A stretch of DNA of 64,000 nucleotides from Bacillus subtilis subsp. subtilis str. 168 (lineage in GTDB: Bacteria; Bacillota; Bacilli; Bacillales; Bacillaceae), in contig NC_000964.3 of NCBI RefSeq assembly GCF_000009045.1, positions 3,782,001 to 3,846,000 of the forward strand. Direction: 5' to 3'. Positions 28,090 to 39,523 of the stretch are shown here, piece after piece. The stretch's first letter is position 1. Each line of letters opens with the position of its first letter. Both the position numbers and the translations under genes were made by a program. Under the pieces are notes generated by a model. That model saw nothing but the letters and a program-made list of their open reading frames with translations, was not told where the DNA came from and did no database searches.

Positions 28090-28611
28090 ATGTTGAAAAT
28101 ATTCACGACGCAGTTAACAGGTATTTTTTCCCGCATTCAGGATAAGGAATCTGACGCGATTGAAGATGGGGCGCGGCTGCTTGCTCAAGCGGTGATCAGC
28201 GGGCATTCCATTTATTTATACGGAGCGAATGAGCTTCAGGGCGTCTTTTATGAGGCCACCGAAAGCAAAGAACCCTTCCCATCTGTCAAAGCCTTTCCAG
28301 AAAACGCTGAGGAAGTGACAGAAAGCGACAGGGTGCTGATGTTTTGCTCAGGGACGGGCACAGCCGAAGAACAGGAGCTCGCAAAAGAGCTTTATGAAAA
28401 AGGTGCGGGAGTCGTATGCGTATCGCCCGCAGCCAAAGACAGTGCGGGAATAGAACAGTATTGTGATGTGCATATTGATTCTAAATTAAAAATGCCGCTT
28501 GTTCCCGATGAAGACGGCACCCGTTACGGGTTTCCCTCTTTAATGACAGCACTGTATGTCTATCACGCTTTATCGTTTACACTAAAAGAAATTCTGCAAG
28601 AGTATGCATAA
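28090..28611 (+). CDS. ywjG: DUF2529-like protein with a degenerate SIS-like fold
   Basis: 173 aa from ATG 28090 (AAAGGAGG SD); MLKIFTTQL N-terminus, IYLYG, DRVLMF. Confidence 0.8.
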   Translation: MLKIFTTQLTGIFSRIQDKESDAIEDGARLLAQAVISGHSIYLYGANELQGVFYEATESKEPFPSVKAFPENAEEVTESDRVLMFCSGTGTAEEQELAKELYEKGAGVVCVSPAAKDSAGIEQYCDVHIDSKLKMPLVPDEDGTRYGFPSLMTALYVYHALSFTLKEILQEYA

Positions 28612-28649
28612 TATCTTATTGTACATGCTGGAACTTGCCGGAAACAAAT

Positions 28650-28691
28650 AAAAAAGACTTGCCCGCTTTTGACAAACGGCAAGTCTTTTTT
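28650..28691. terminator. Bidirectional terminator between ywjG and pyrG
   Basis: AAAAAAGACTTGCC-14 nt-GGCAAGTCTTTTTT. Confidence 0.85.
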
Positions 28692-28692
28692 A

Positions 28693-30327
<1,635 letters not shown>

Positions 30328-30402
30328 CTACATTTTTAAAATGTACTATTTTATAAAAAATCATTTAGCCTTTTAAATGATTTATAAGAAAAATGAGGGG
30401 TG

Positions 30403-30515
30403 AAAATAAGAAAGCTCCCTTTCAATTTCTTGAAAGGGAGCATAACGTACTATGTTCTCTCTTCGTTTTTGAAGAGCCCAAAATACATACTACATAGTTC
30501 GACTATGAAAGTCAA
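30403..30515 (-). promoter_or_regulatory. pyrG promoter and CTP-sensing attenuator leader
   Basis: TTGACT-17-TAGTAT; transcript starts GGGC (30479); terminator GCTCCCTTTCAA/TTGAAAGGGAGC plus TTTCTTATTTT. Confidence 0.9.
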
Positions 30516-30541
30516 GATCGTTTTGAAGATGAAATCTGATA

Positions 30542-31063
30542 CTATTTAATTTCCTCTTCTTCATCATCATAGTCTTCATCATCTTCATCAATAATATCTT
30601 CTTCGATCTCAAGATCATCGTCGTCTTCATCAAGATCTTCTTCGTCAAAATCGTCGGCTTCAAGATCGAGTTCTTCCTCAACTTCATCCAAATCAAGGTC
30701 GTCTTCGTCGATCTCTTCAAACTCGTCAAGATCAAGATCTTCTTCGACTGCTTTCTTCGCTTTTTTCTTTTTCGCCTTGACTGTCGGCTGAGTTTCTTCA
30801 TCAAGCTGATCATAAGGATACCAGCTGCGAAGCCCCCACGTCTGGTCAGAAAGCGCCAGGAAGCGGCCGTCAATGTTTAAATCTGTATAAAATTGAGCAA
30901 TGCGGTCTCCAAGCTCTTCTTTTTTCACGCCGAGCAAAGATGCGATTTCATTTAAAAGCTCCTGAAAAGGAACTGGTTTTTTATGTTCTTCAAATAATTC
31001 GTGAGCGATTTCAACTAAAGCCATTTCCTTTAGCTCTTCCTGTGAATATTGTTTGATACCCAA
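30542..31063 (-). CDS. rpoE: RNA polymerase delta subunit
   Basis: 173 aa; FYTDLNIDGRF, WGLRSWYP, Lys patch then a long Asp/Glu tail; TTG start. Confidence 0.97.
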   Translation of the reverse strand: MGIKQYSQEELKEMALVEIAHELFEEHKKPVPFQELLNEIASLLGVKKEELGDRIAQFYTDLNIDGRFLALSDQTWGLRSWYPYDQLDEETQPTVKAKKKKAKKAVEEDLDLDEFEEIDEDDLDLDEVEEELDLEADDFDEEDLDEDDDDLEIEEDIIDEDDEDYDDEEEEIK

Positions 31064-31245
31064 GGTCGGACACTCCCTTTCTATTACTTATATGTATCTG
31101 TTTTATCAATAATGAAAGCGATTTTGTATCGTTCTTATACAAACCATACCTCTCATTATAAACAAAATAAAACAGAATATGCTACCCTTAACAGCGTTAA
31201 TTTAAATAATTTTACAAGAGTGATCCGACTGAGAGATGTTTTCCG

Positions 31246-32385
31246 TTAATCCGCGAGCATTCTGGAGATGACCAGTCTTTGAATTTCTTGAGTGCCTTCA
31301 TAGATTTGCGTGATTTTTGCATCACGCATATAGCGTTCTACCGGATAATCTTTTGTATAGCCGTAGCCGCCGAAAATCTGCACGGCTTCGGTCGTTACCT
31401 TCATCGCCGTATCCCCAGCCATCAGTTTGGACATGGCGGAAGCTTTTCCATATGGAAGGCCCGATGATTCTAACCATGCAGCCTGATAGGTCAGTAGCCT
31501 TGAAGCTTCTATCATTGTCGCCATATCCGCGAGTTTAAAAGCGATGCCCTGCTGCTCGGCGATCGATTTTCCGAATTGCTTTCGCTCTTTTGCATATTGA
31601 AGCGCCGCATCAAGCGCTCCTTGGGCGATGCCTACAGCTTGTGCAGCTATGCCGTTTCTGCCTCCGTCAAGCGTCTTCATCGCGATTTTGAAGCCTTCTC
31701 CTTCTTCTCCGAGACGCTTTGATGCGGGCACTACACAATCTTCGAACATGATTTCCGTTGTCGGTGAAGAACGGATGCCCAGCTTCTTTTCTTTCTTGCC
31801 TGTAAAAAATCCTTCAAAATCCTTTTCTACTATAAAAGCGGTAACGCCTTTTTTCTTTTTCTCGGGATCGGTGACGGCAAAAACAATGTAAATATCAGCA
31901 ACGCCGCCGTTTGTGATAAACACTTTGGAACCATTTAACACATAGTCATCGCCGATTCGTTCAGCAGTTGTTTTCATGCTGCCGGCGTCAGAGCCAGACC
32001 CTGCTTCGGTCAAAGCGAATGCGCCGATTTTCTCTCCGAGAGCCAGCTGTGTTAAGTACTCTGTCTTCTGTTCCTCTGTCCCAAAGGCAAACAGCGGCCA
32101 GCTGCAAAGAGAGATATGGGCGGAAAGCGTCACACCGGTGGAGGCGCACACTTTTGACAGCTCTTCCACCGCGATGACGTAGGCTAAATAGTCACTTCCA
32201 ATTCCGCCGTAATCTTCAGGCCATGGAATTCCCGTCAGGCCCAGATTTGCCATTTCCCGAAACAGCTCGCGATCGAAGCGTTCTTGTTCGTCCCGTTCAG
32301 CCGCTGTCGGGGCCACCTCATGCTTCGCAAAATCGCGCACCAATTTTCGTATCATCTCATGTTCTTCTGATAATGAAAAATTCAT
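31246..32385 (-). CDS. acdA: Acyl-CoA dehydrogenase
   Basis: 379 aa; [24 protein letters not shown] and QIFGGYGY motifs; 4-bp overlap with fadF. Confidence 0.96.
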
Positions 32386-34499
32386 TGCTTCTCCCCCATT
32401 TTCAGATCAGCGCCTAAAACGGATTGAGCCAGAAGCTCGACGACGTCGTACGTTTTGACTTGGTCTTCGGCTTCCTTCGCCTTTGTGCCGTCCCCAAGCA
32501 TCGTGAGACAATACGGACAGCCAGAACTGATCACCGATGGGTTGACTGCGAGCGCTTGCTCTGTCCTGGCGACGTTAATCCTGTTGCCTGTTTCTTCCTC
32601 CATCCACATTAATCCCCCGCCGGCTCCGCAGCACATGCCGGTTTCCCGGCTTCTCTCCATTTCAACAAGCTGCACGCCCGGAATGGCTTTCAAAATCTCT
32701 CTCGGCGGATCATAGACTTCATTGTACCGGCCCAAATAGCACGAATCATGGAAGGTAATCGTCTCATGAAGCGGGTGCTGCGGTCTTAATTTTCCGTTTT
32801 TCACAAGCTCGGCCAGCACTTCTGTATGATGATAAACCTCGCCTTCAAATCCGAAATCCGGATATTCGTTTTTAAATAAATTGTATGCATGGGGATCGAT
32901 CGTAACGATTTTTTTGACATCATTTTTTTCAAATTCAGAAATATTCTTCTCAGCCAGCTCTTGGAACAAAAATTCATTTCCGAGGCGGCGCGGCGTGTCT
33001 CCTGAATTTTTTTCTTTATTGCCGAGAATCGCGAAGGACACGCCCGCGTGATTGAGCAGCTTGGCAAAGGAAATTGCGATTTTCTGGCTTCTGTTGTCGT
33101 AAGACCCCATGGAGCCTACCCAGAAAAGGTACTCAAATTCTTTTCCTTCTTTTTTCATTTCTTTTACAGTCGGAATCTCAGCATCCGGCGCCTCGTCACG
33201 CCAATTTTCACGTTCCTTGCGGTTGAGTCCCCACGGATTCCCTTGCCGCTCAATACTTGTCATTGCGCGCTGGGCGTCACTGTCCATTTTTCCTTCTGTC
33301 AGTACGAGGTAGCGGCGGAGGTCGATGATTTTATCCACGTGCTCATTCATGACCGGGCATTGATCCTCACAGTTCCGGCAAGTGGTGCATGCCCAAATTT
33401 CTTCCTCTGTGATGACGTCGCCGATCAAGCTTGGATTGTAATCAAGCGCCGCTGCGGCTTCCTGCGATCCGCTGCCCGCTGACGCCGCAGCCAGCTGATT
33501 GCCTCTCGTATGCCGAAACGCTGCTGCGGGCACCCATGGGGAGCGCGAGGTGACGGCAGCGCCTTTTTCCGTGAGATGGTCTCTGAGACGCAAAATCAAG
33601 TCCATCGGAGAAAGCATTTTTCCGGTGCCTGTTGCAGGACACATATTGGTACAGCGGCCGCACTCGACACACGCGTATAGATCAAGCAGCTGAGACTGTC
33701 TGAAATCCTCAATTTTTCCCGCTCCGTAGCTTTCTTTCGTTTCGTCGGTAAAATCAATTTTTTCAAGTTTTCCGGCAGATTCCATTCGATTGAAAAAGAC
33801 GTTTGCCGGGCCGGCGATTAAATGGGCATGCTTTGACTGAGGCACGTACACTAAAAAGCTAAGCAAGAATAGGAGATGGATCCACCATGCGATATAGAAA
33901 ATCACCGCCGCGCCTGTTTTCCCGACACCGCTAAGCATAAACGCAATACCTGAGGCAATTGGCTCGCTCCAAGAAAGCCCATGCTCATGCCAAATCAGAT
34001 TCATCCCGTTCCCAAGCAGAACGGTCAGCATTAATCCTCCGATAAAAATGAGAACGAGTCCGGCTTTGAAACCGCGTTTCAGCCTCACGAGCTTTTCGAT
34101 ATAACGTCTGTAGAATGCCCACCCAACAGCAATTAAAATGAGAAACGTAACAATTTCCTGAAAAAAGGTGAAGGCGGGATAGACCGGGCCAAGCGACAGA
34201 TTCCGGCCGGGAGCCAGTCCTTTGATGATAAAGTCAATTGCTCCGAACTGAACCAATATAAATCCGTAGAAAAACATGACGTGAATGATTCCGCTTTTCT
34301 TGTCCTTGAGCAGTTTTTTCTGTCCGAATACATTCACCCATATGGCGTGAAGCCGTTCCTTGAACCGTTGATCAAATTGTTCTTTCTGGCCGAGCTTGAT
34401 GTAGGCCAGTCTCGTTTTGACCAAGTAAACAAACAAATAGACAGCGTAAGCGGTTACAATCAGAAATAATAATGCATTTGCGATGAGAAAGCCGCTCAT
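32382..34499 (-). CDS. fadF: Membrane-bound Fe-S oxidoreductase (TM + 2x4Fe-4S + CCG domains)
   Basis: 705 aa; [39 protein letters not shown] and SGCPYC motifs. Confidence 0.93.
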
Positions 34500-34568
34500 T
34501 CCAATTCCCCCTTTTTACTGATAAAGACCGCGATCCCCTACCCCCGAATCTGTATAAGATTATCTTTA

Positions 34569-34597
34569 TGATAAATAATGAATGAGTGTTCAGTCAA
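34569..34597 (-). promoter_or_regulatory. fadF promoter overlapped by a FadR box
   Basis: TTGACT-18-TATCAT; ATGAATGAGTGTTCA at 34578-34592 resembles the FadR(YsiA) consensus WTGAATGAMTANTCA. Confidence 0.7.
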
Positions 34598-34653
34598 TAA
34601 TTAAATTCCTGCTGTTCGGGCACACTACCTTTACTACGGAAAGGAGTGCCGGT

Positions 34654-35850
34654 ATGAAGGTATTTATCGTGATTATGATCATTGTCGTTATTTTCTTTGC
34701 CTTGATTCTGCTTGATATCTTCATGGGCCGTGCCGGATACAGAAAAAAGGCGTACGAGCCTGTTTTTTCAAAAAAGAAGAGTGACATCGAATTGATCCAC
34801 TGCGGCGCTGATCTCGTTGAGCGGATGATGAATGATATTCGCCAGGCCGCCTCTTCTGTTCACATGATGTTTTTTATTATGAAAAATGATGAGGTCAGCC
34901 ACAATATGTATACCTTGCTGAAAACAAAAGCCCAAGCTGGCGTATCCGTTTATTTGCTTCTGGATTGGGCGGGCTGCCGGGCAATTAAAAAAACGGCGCT
35001 TCAGACGATGAAAAATGCCGGCGTCCATGTCCATGTGATGAATCGTCCCCGTTTTCCTTTTTTCTTTTTTCACATGCAAAAACGGAATCACCGGAAGATT
35101 ACGGTGATAGACGGAAAAATCGGTTATATCGGCGGGTTTAATATCGCCGAAGAATATCTTGGAAAGAAGGCGAAGTTCGGCAATTGGGAGGATTATCATC
35201 TGCGCATGATCGGAGAAGGCGTACATGATCTTCAAACGCTTTTTGCTTCTGATCTAAAACGAAATACCGGAATCGAACTGGGTTCGGATGTTTGGCCAAA
35301 GCTTCAGCAAGGGACTATTTCTCACAAGATCTATGCGACCGACGGTTATTCCCTTGAAAACATATACTTGGCCAACATTGCCCAAGCGAAGAATCGCCTT
35401 ACGGTTTGCACGCCTTATTACATTCCATCAAAACCGCTTCAAGAGGCCCTTATTAACGCAAGAAAAAACGGCGTATCCGTGAGAATCATTGTACCGATGA
35501 AATCAGACCATCCGCTGGTACGAGAAGCGGCTTTTACGTATTATTCGGAGCTCTTGGATGCCGGCTGTCTTATTTATCGTTATTATCAAGGGTTTTATCA
35601 TGTAAAAGCCCTCATCATAGACGACCATCTCAGCATTATCGGAACAGCCAACTTCGATAAACGGAGCCTGTTCTTAAATGAAGAGGTGAATGTTGAAATT
35701 GATGACGAAGCGTTTACAAGTGAAGTCTATGCCACAATTGAGGAGGATATGAAAAAGTCGGAGCTGCTGACGATGGAGGATTTCAGCAAGCGCACATTCA
35801 GGCAGCGCCCGGCGGAATGGCTCGGCAGGGCATTATCTTATTTCTTATAA
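34654..35850 (+). CDS. ywjE: Minor cardiolipin synthase (PLD family)
   Basis: 398 aa from ATG 34654 (AAAGGAG SD); two HKD motifs RNHRKITVID and HVKALIID. Confidence 0.9.
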   Translation: MKVFIVIMIIVVIFFALILLDIFMGRAGYRKKAYEPVFSKKKSDIELIHCGADLVERMMNDIRQAASSVHMMFFIMKNDEVSHNMYTLLKTKAQAGVSVYLLLDWAGCRAIKKTALQTMKNAGVHVHVMNRPRFPFFFFHMQKRNHRKITVIDGKIGYIGGFNIAEEYLGKKAKFGNWEDYHLRMIGEGVHDLQTLFASDLKRNTGIELGSDVWPKLQQGTISHKIYATDGYSLENIYLANIAQAKNRLTVCTPYYIPSKPLQEALINARKNGVSVRIIVPMKSDHPLVREAAFTYYSELLDAGCLIYRYYQGFYHVKALIIDDHLSIIGTANFDKRSLFLNEEVNVEIDDEAFTSEVYATIEEDMKKSELLTMEDFSKRTFRQRPAEWLGRALSYFL

Positions 35851-35862
35851 AGGAGAGTTCCT

Positions 35863-36825
35863 ATGATTTTCAGATTCGGGTTCGTTTCAAATGCGATGAG
35901 CCTTTGGGATGCGTCTCCCGCTAAAACATTGACATTCGCGCGTTATTCAAAGCTTTCAAAGACTGAAAGAAAAGAAGCGCTTCTGACTGTGACAAAAGCC
36001 AATTTGCGCAATACGATGAGAACCCTTCACTATATCATCGGCCACGGCATTCCTTTGTACCGTTTTTCCAGTTCGATTGTGCCGCTGGCTACGCATCCCG
36101 ACGTGATGTGGGATTTTGTAACACCGTTTCAAAAAGAGTTTCGGGAGATTGGAGAGCTTGTTAAAACCCATCAACTGCGAACAAGCTTTCATCCAAATCA
36201 ATTCACTCTGTTTACGAGCCCGAAGGAATCCGTCACAAAAAATGCGGTAACAGATATGGCGTATCACTACCGCATGCTTGAGGCCATGGGCATTGCTGAT
36301 CGCTCCGTTATCAACATTCATATTGGCGGCGCTTACGGAAATAAAGACACCGCCACTGCACAATTTCATCAAAATATAAAACAGCTGCCGCAGGAGATCA
36401 AAGAGCGGATGACACTTGAAAATGATGATAAAACATATACAACGGAAGAAACGCTTCAGGTCTGTGAGCAGGAGGATGTTCCGTTTGTCTTTGACTTTCA
36501 TCATTTTTACGCCAATCCAGACGATCACGCCGACCTGAATGTAGCACTGCCCCGCATGATCAAAACGTGGGAGCGGATCGGCCTTCAGCCAAAGGTTCAC
36601 TTGTCTTCCCCAAAATCGGAGCAAGCGATACGCAGCCACGCCGATTATGTTGACGCCAACTTTTTGCTGCCACTGTTGGAACGCTTTAGGCAATGGGGAA
36701 CTAATATTGATTTCATGATTGAAGCAAAGCAGAAAGACAAGGCGCTTCTCCGCTTGATGGATGAATTAAGCTCCATCCGCGGTGTCAAACGCATCGGGGG
36801 CGGTGCGCTGCAATGGAAGTCATAA
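35863..36825 (+). CDS. uvsE: UV damage endonuclease (UvsE/UVDE)
   Basis: 320 aa; YRFSS, SFHPNQF, IHIGG, LENDD, FDFHH and MIEAKQKD motifs. Confidence 0.95.
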
Positions 36826-36839
36826 ATGTGCAAAAATAG

Positions 36840-36865
36840 GTTTACGACTTGTCAGCTTTGGGAAC
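36840..36865 (+). promoter_or_regulatory. SigB promoter of ywjC
   Basis: GTTTAC-14 bp-GGGAAC. Confidence 0.7.
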
Positions 36866-36905
36866 TTAGGCTATATAAGACAACAATCGATGGAGGAGAA
36901 AGATC

Positions 36906-37178
36906 ATGAAAAATATCAAGTCTCTGAAAGTAGCCGCACAGGCCTTTACTTTAAGAAATTTGATTCATCTTTATAAAATGTGCCATTCCGGAAGCCACGA
37001 GGTTTATATTTATTCAAAGAAAACGATGTGCAAAATCAAAAGCTTAATTGAGCTTGAAACGTTCCGCATGGCTCATAATGAAAAGGAATATCTGATCGTA
37101 GTTGAAGGAACAAAAGCATCACAGCTCATTGAAAAATTCCAAAATCTCATCGAGCCTGCTGAGAGAGAAGCGCTCTAA
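36906..37178 (+). CDS. ywjC: General stress protein; candidate remote HPr/Crh-fold protein
   Basis: 90 aa, GGAGGAG SD; aligns with HPr at R17, L22, V33, K45-S46 (see findings). Confidence 0.8.
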   Translation: MKNIKSLKVAAQAFTLRNLIHLYKMCHSGSHEVYIYSKKTMCKIKSLIELETFRMAHNEKEYLIVVEGTKASQLIEKFQNLIEPAEREAL

Positions 37179-37187
37179 CTTACATAC

Positions 37188-37218
37188 AAAAAAGGATAGA
37201 CATCTGTCTATCCTTTTT
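37188..37218. terminator. Bidirectional terminator between ywjC and ywjB
   Basis: AAAAAGGATAGAC-ATCT-GTCTATCCTTTTT. Confidence 0.85.
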
Positions 37219-37219
37219 C

Positions 37220-37744
37220 TTATGCTCTTACATAATGGAGCTGAACCGCTTGTCCAAATTGTTTTGTCCCTTTTAACCGCAGTTTTGTTTCATTTGTTAG
37301 TTCGTGAAACAGCGGGATGCCGCTTCCTAAAACGACGGGAATAACAGTGATGATGAATTCGTCGATGGCATCTTCTTTCATAAAGTCATTCACAAGCTCT
37401 GCCCCGCCAGCTATCCAGATGTTTGAGCCTTTTTCCTGTTTCAAACGGGCAGTGAAGGCTCTGGCTCCCTCATTGATAAACGTCACATGTTCATCTTGAT
37501 AACTGTCGGGCGATCCTGTAAAAACATAGCAGGTTTTATCCTGATACGGGAAAACCGGTGTTAGCACTTTAACGTGCTCATATGTGCTCCGCCCTAAAAT
37601 GACTGTATCAACAGTCTGATAAAAATCACTGTAGCCGTTGTCACCTTCACCTTCAAATTCATCCAGCCAATCGATGCTTCCATCTTCTTTTGCGATCATC
37701 CCGTCCAATGAAACAGCAATGTACAGCACAGTTTTTCTTTCCAT
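37220..37744 (-). CDS. ywjB: Dihydrofolate reductase-like (RibD C-terminal) protein
   Basis: 174 aa; AVSLDGMIA, ILGRSTY, WIAGG and IPVVLGSGIPLF motifs. Confidence 0.88.
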   Translation of the reverse strand: MERKTVLYIAVSLDGMIAKEDGSIDWLDEFEGEGDNGYSDFYQTVDTVILGRSTYEHVKVLTPVFPYQDKTCYVFTGSPDSYQDEHVTFINEGARAFTARLKQEKGSNIWIAGGAELVNDFMKEDAIDEFIITVIPVVLGSGIPLFHELTNETKLRLKGTKQFGQAVQLHYVRA

Positions 37745-37753
37745 GTTCTCCTC

Positions 37754-39481
37754 CTATCGATGCACCATTTGCCCGAATTGCGCTTGATGCAGCCTGCTGT
37801 ATAGGCCTCCGGCTTCGATCAGGTCTTGATGACGGCCTTGTTCTTCAATACCGTTGTTTGTGACGACTACAATTCTGTCCGCGTCTTTGATTGTTGCCAG
37901 CCTGTGGGCGATGACAAGCGTCGTGCGCCCCTCAGACAACTCTTGAAGCGCCTTTTGGATCGCCGCTTCCGTCTCTGTATCAAGGGCTGAGGTGGCTTCG
38001 TCGAGAATCAAGATCGACGGATTTTTCAAGAACATCCTTGCAATTGACAGACGCTGTTTTTGCCCGCCGGAAAGCTTCACGCCGCGTTCGCCAATCATAG
38101 TATCCAACCCATCGGGCATGTTATGGACGAGCTCTTCCAGATGCGCCTGCTTCACAGCTTGCCAAATGTCTTCTTCTGATGCGCCTAGTCGGCCGTAGGC
38201 GATATTTTCTCTAAGCGTGCCCGAGAATAAGAAAACGTCCTGCTGCACGACGCCAATCTGCCCGCGCAACGAAGAAAGCGTCATGTCTTTTATACTGATG
38301 CCGTCAATCGTAATGTCGCCCTCCGATGCTTCATAAAAACGCGGAAGCAGACTGCAAAGCGTTGATTTCCCAGCACCTGACGGACCGACGAACGCCACCG
38401 TTTCCCCCGCTTGAATGGATAGGTTGATGTCATTGAGGACATTGTGATGGTCATCATAGCCAAACGAAACATGTTTATAGCGGATATTGCCCTTCAGGCC
38501 GGAAACATCTTTCGAATCAGGTGAGTCCTGAATATCCGGCTCTGTCTCCATGAGCTCCATATAGCTTTTGAAACCCGCGATCCCCCTCGGATACATTTCG
38601 ATAATGGCATTAATTTTGTCAATAGGCCTGAACAGCACATTCGTCAAGAGTACAAACGCCACAAATTCCCCGTACGATAAGGAGCCGCGAATGACAAACC
38701 ACGTCCCGCACAAAAGGACAAACAGCGTGACAAACCGGGTCAGCATATAGCTGATTGAACCGTTTTTCGCCATGATTTTGTAGGAAGAAAGCTTTGTGAC
38801 ACGAAAACGCTGGTTGTTGACGGCGAAGCGTTCTTTTTCAAATGCTTCATTTCCGAACGCCTGCACAAGCCGGATGCCGCCGATGTTATTTTCTACACGC
38901 GCGCTGAAGTCTCCGATATCCTTGTTCAGCGTGGTAAATGCTTTGGTCATTTTTTTGTTGAAATAAAGCGCTAGCCAAATGACGATCGGCATAATGATAA
39001 ACGTTAATAAAGCAAGCTGCCAGTTAATAAACAGCATCACTCCGAACGCCCCGAGAATGGTCATGACCGCAATGAATAAGTCTTCCGGTCCGTGATGGGC
39101 GACTTCACCGATATACATTAAATCGTTCGTGAGCTTCGACATCAGCGTTCCCGTCTTGTTGTTGTCGTAAAATTTGAACGAGAGCTTTTGCAAATGGTCA
39201 AAAAGCGACTTTCTCATATCAGTCTCAATATTGATACCAAGCATGTGTCCCCAGTAGGTCACGATATACTGAAGAGCCGAGCTGAGCGCGTACACCGCAA
39301 ATAACCCGATTGAGGTCGCGATGATCAGTCCCCAGTCCCTGCCCGGCAGCAAGGTATCAATAAAATAATTGACGATCAAAGGAAAACTCAGCTCCATTAA
39401 ACCTCCCGCGATCGCTGAGAAAAAGTCGAGAAAGAACAACGTTTTATATGGTTTATAATATGAAAAAAATTGCCGCAGCAC
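37754..39481 (-). CDS. ywjA: Exporter-fold ABC transporter (TMD+NBD fusion)
   Basis: 575 aa from GTG 39481; GPSGAGKS, LSGGQKQR and ILILDEATSALD motifs; 6 TM segments. Confidence 0.93.
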   Translation of the reverse strand: MLRQFFSYYKPYKTLFFLDFFSAIAGGLMELSFPLIVNYFIDTLLPGRDWGLIIATSIGLFAVYALSSALQYIVTYWGHMLGINIETDMRKSLFDHLQKLSFKFYDNNKTGTLMSKLTNDLMYIGEVAHHGPEDLFIAVMTILGAFGVMLFINWQLALLTFIIMPIVIWLALYFNKKMTKAFTTLNKDIGDFSARVENNIGGIRLVQAFGNEAFEKERFAVNNQRFRVTKLSSYKIMAKNGSISYMLTRFVTLFVLLCGTWFVIRGSLSYGEFVAFVLLTNVLFRPIDKINAIIEMYPRGIAGFKSYMELMETEPDIQDSPDSKDVSGLKGNIRYKHVSFGYDDHHNVLNDINLSIQAGETVAFVGPSGAGKSTLCSLLPRFYEASEGDITIDGISIKDMTLSSLRGQIGVVQQDVFLFSGTLRENIAYGRLGASEEDIWQAVKQAHLEELVHNMPDGLDTMIGERGVKLSGGQKQRLSIARMFLKNPSILILDEATSALDTETEAAIQKALQELSEGRTTLVIAHRLATIKDADRIVVVTNNGIEEQGRHQDLIEAGGLYSRLHQAQFGQMVHR

Positions 39482-39508
39482 CCTATCTTCCCCCAATGTA
39501 TAAATAAC

Positions 39509-39523
39509 TGATAATATTTCTCA
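39509..39523. promoter_or_regulatory. Fur box upstream of ywjA
   Basis: TGATAAT-A-TTTCTCA (7-1-7 Fur consensus, 2 mismatches) immediately downstream of the -10 TATAAT at 39524-39529 (minus strand). Confidence 0.65.

Noticed and set aside
30542-30760. Low-complexity repeat-like DNA (tcttcatc...)
   Set aside because: Encodes the known Asp/Glu tail of RNAP delta; it has no spacers, so it is not CRISPR or a mobile repeat.
30490-30873. 127-aa Lys/Met-rich ORF
   Set aside because: Alternative frame of the acidic GAA/GAT repeats in the rpoE tail.
31111-31126. cre-like ATGAAAGCGATTTTG before rpoE
   Set aside because: The 3' end lacks the conserved CA; weak match.
34595-34627. SigF/SigG-type -10 (GGGCACACTA) before ywjE
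   Set aside because: No convincing -35 at the required spacing, so it is not listed as a feature.
35956-36693. 245-aa minus-strand ORF
   Set aside because: Entirely antisense to uvsE with no recognisable motifs; shadow ORF.
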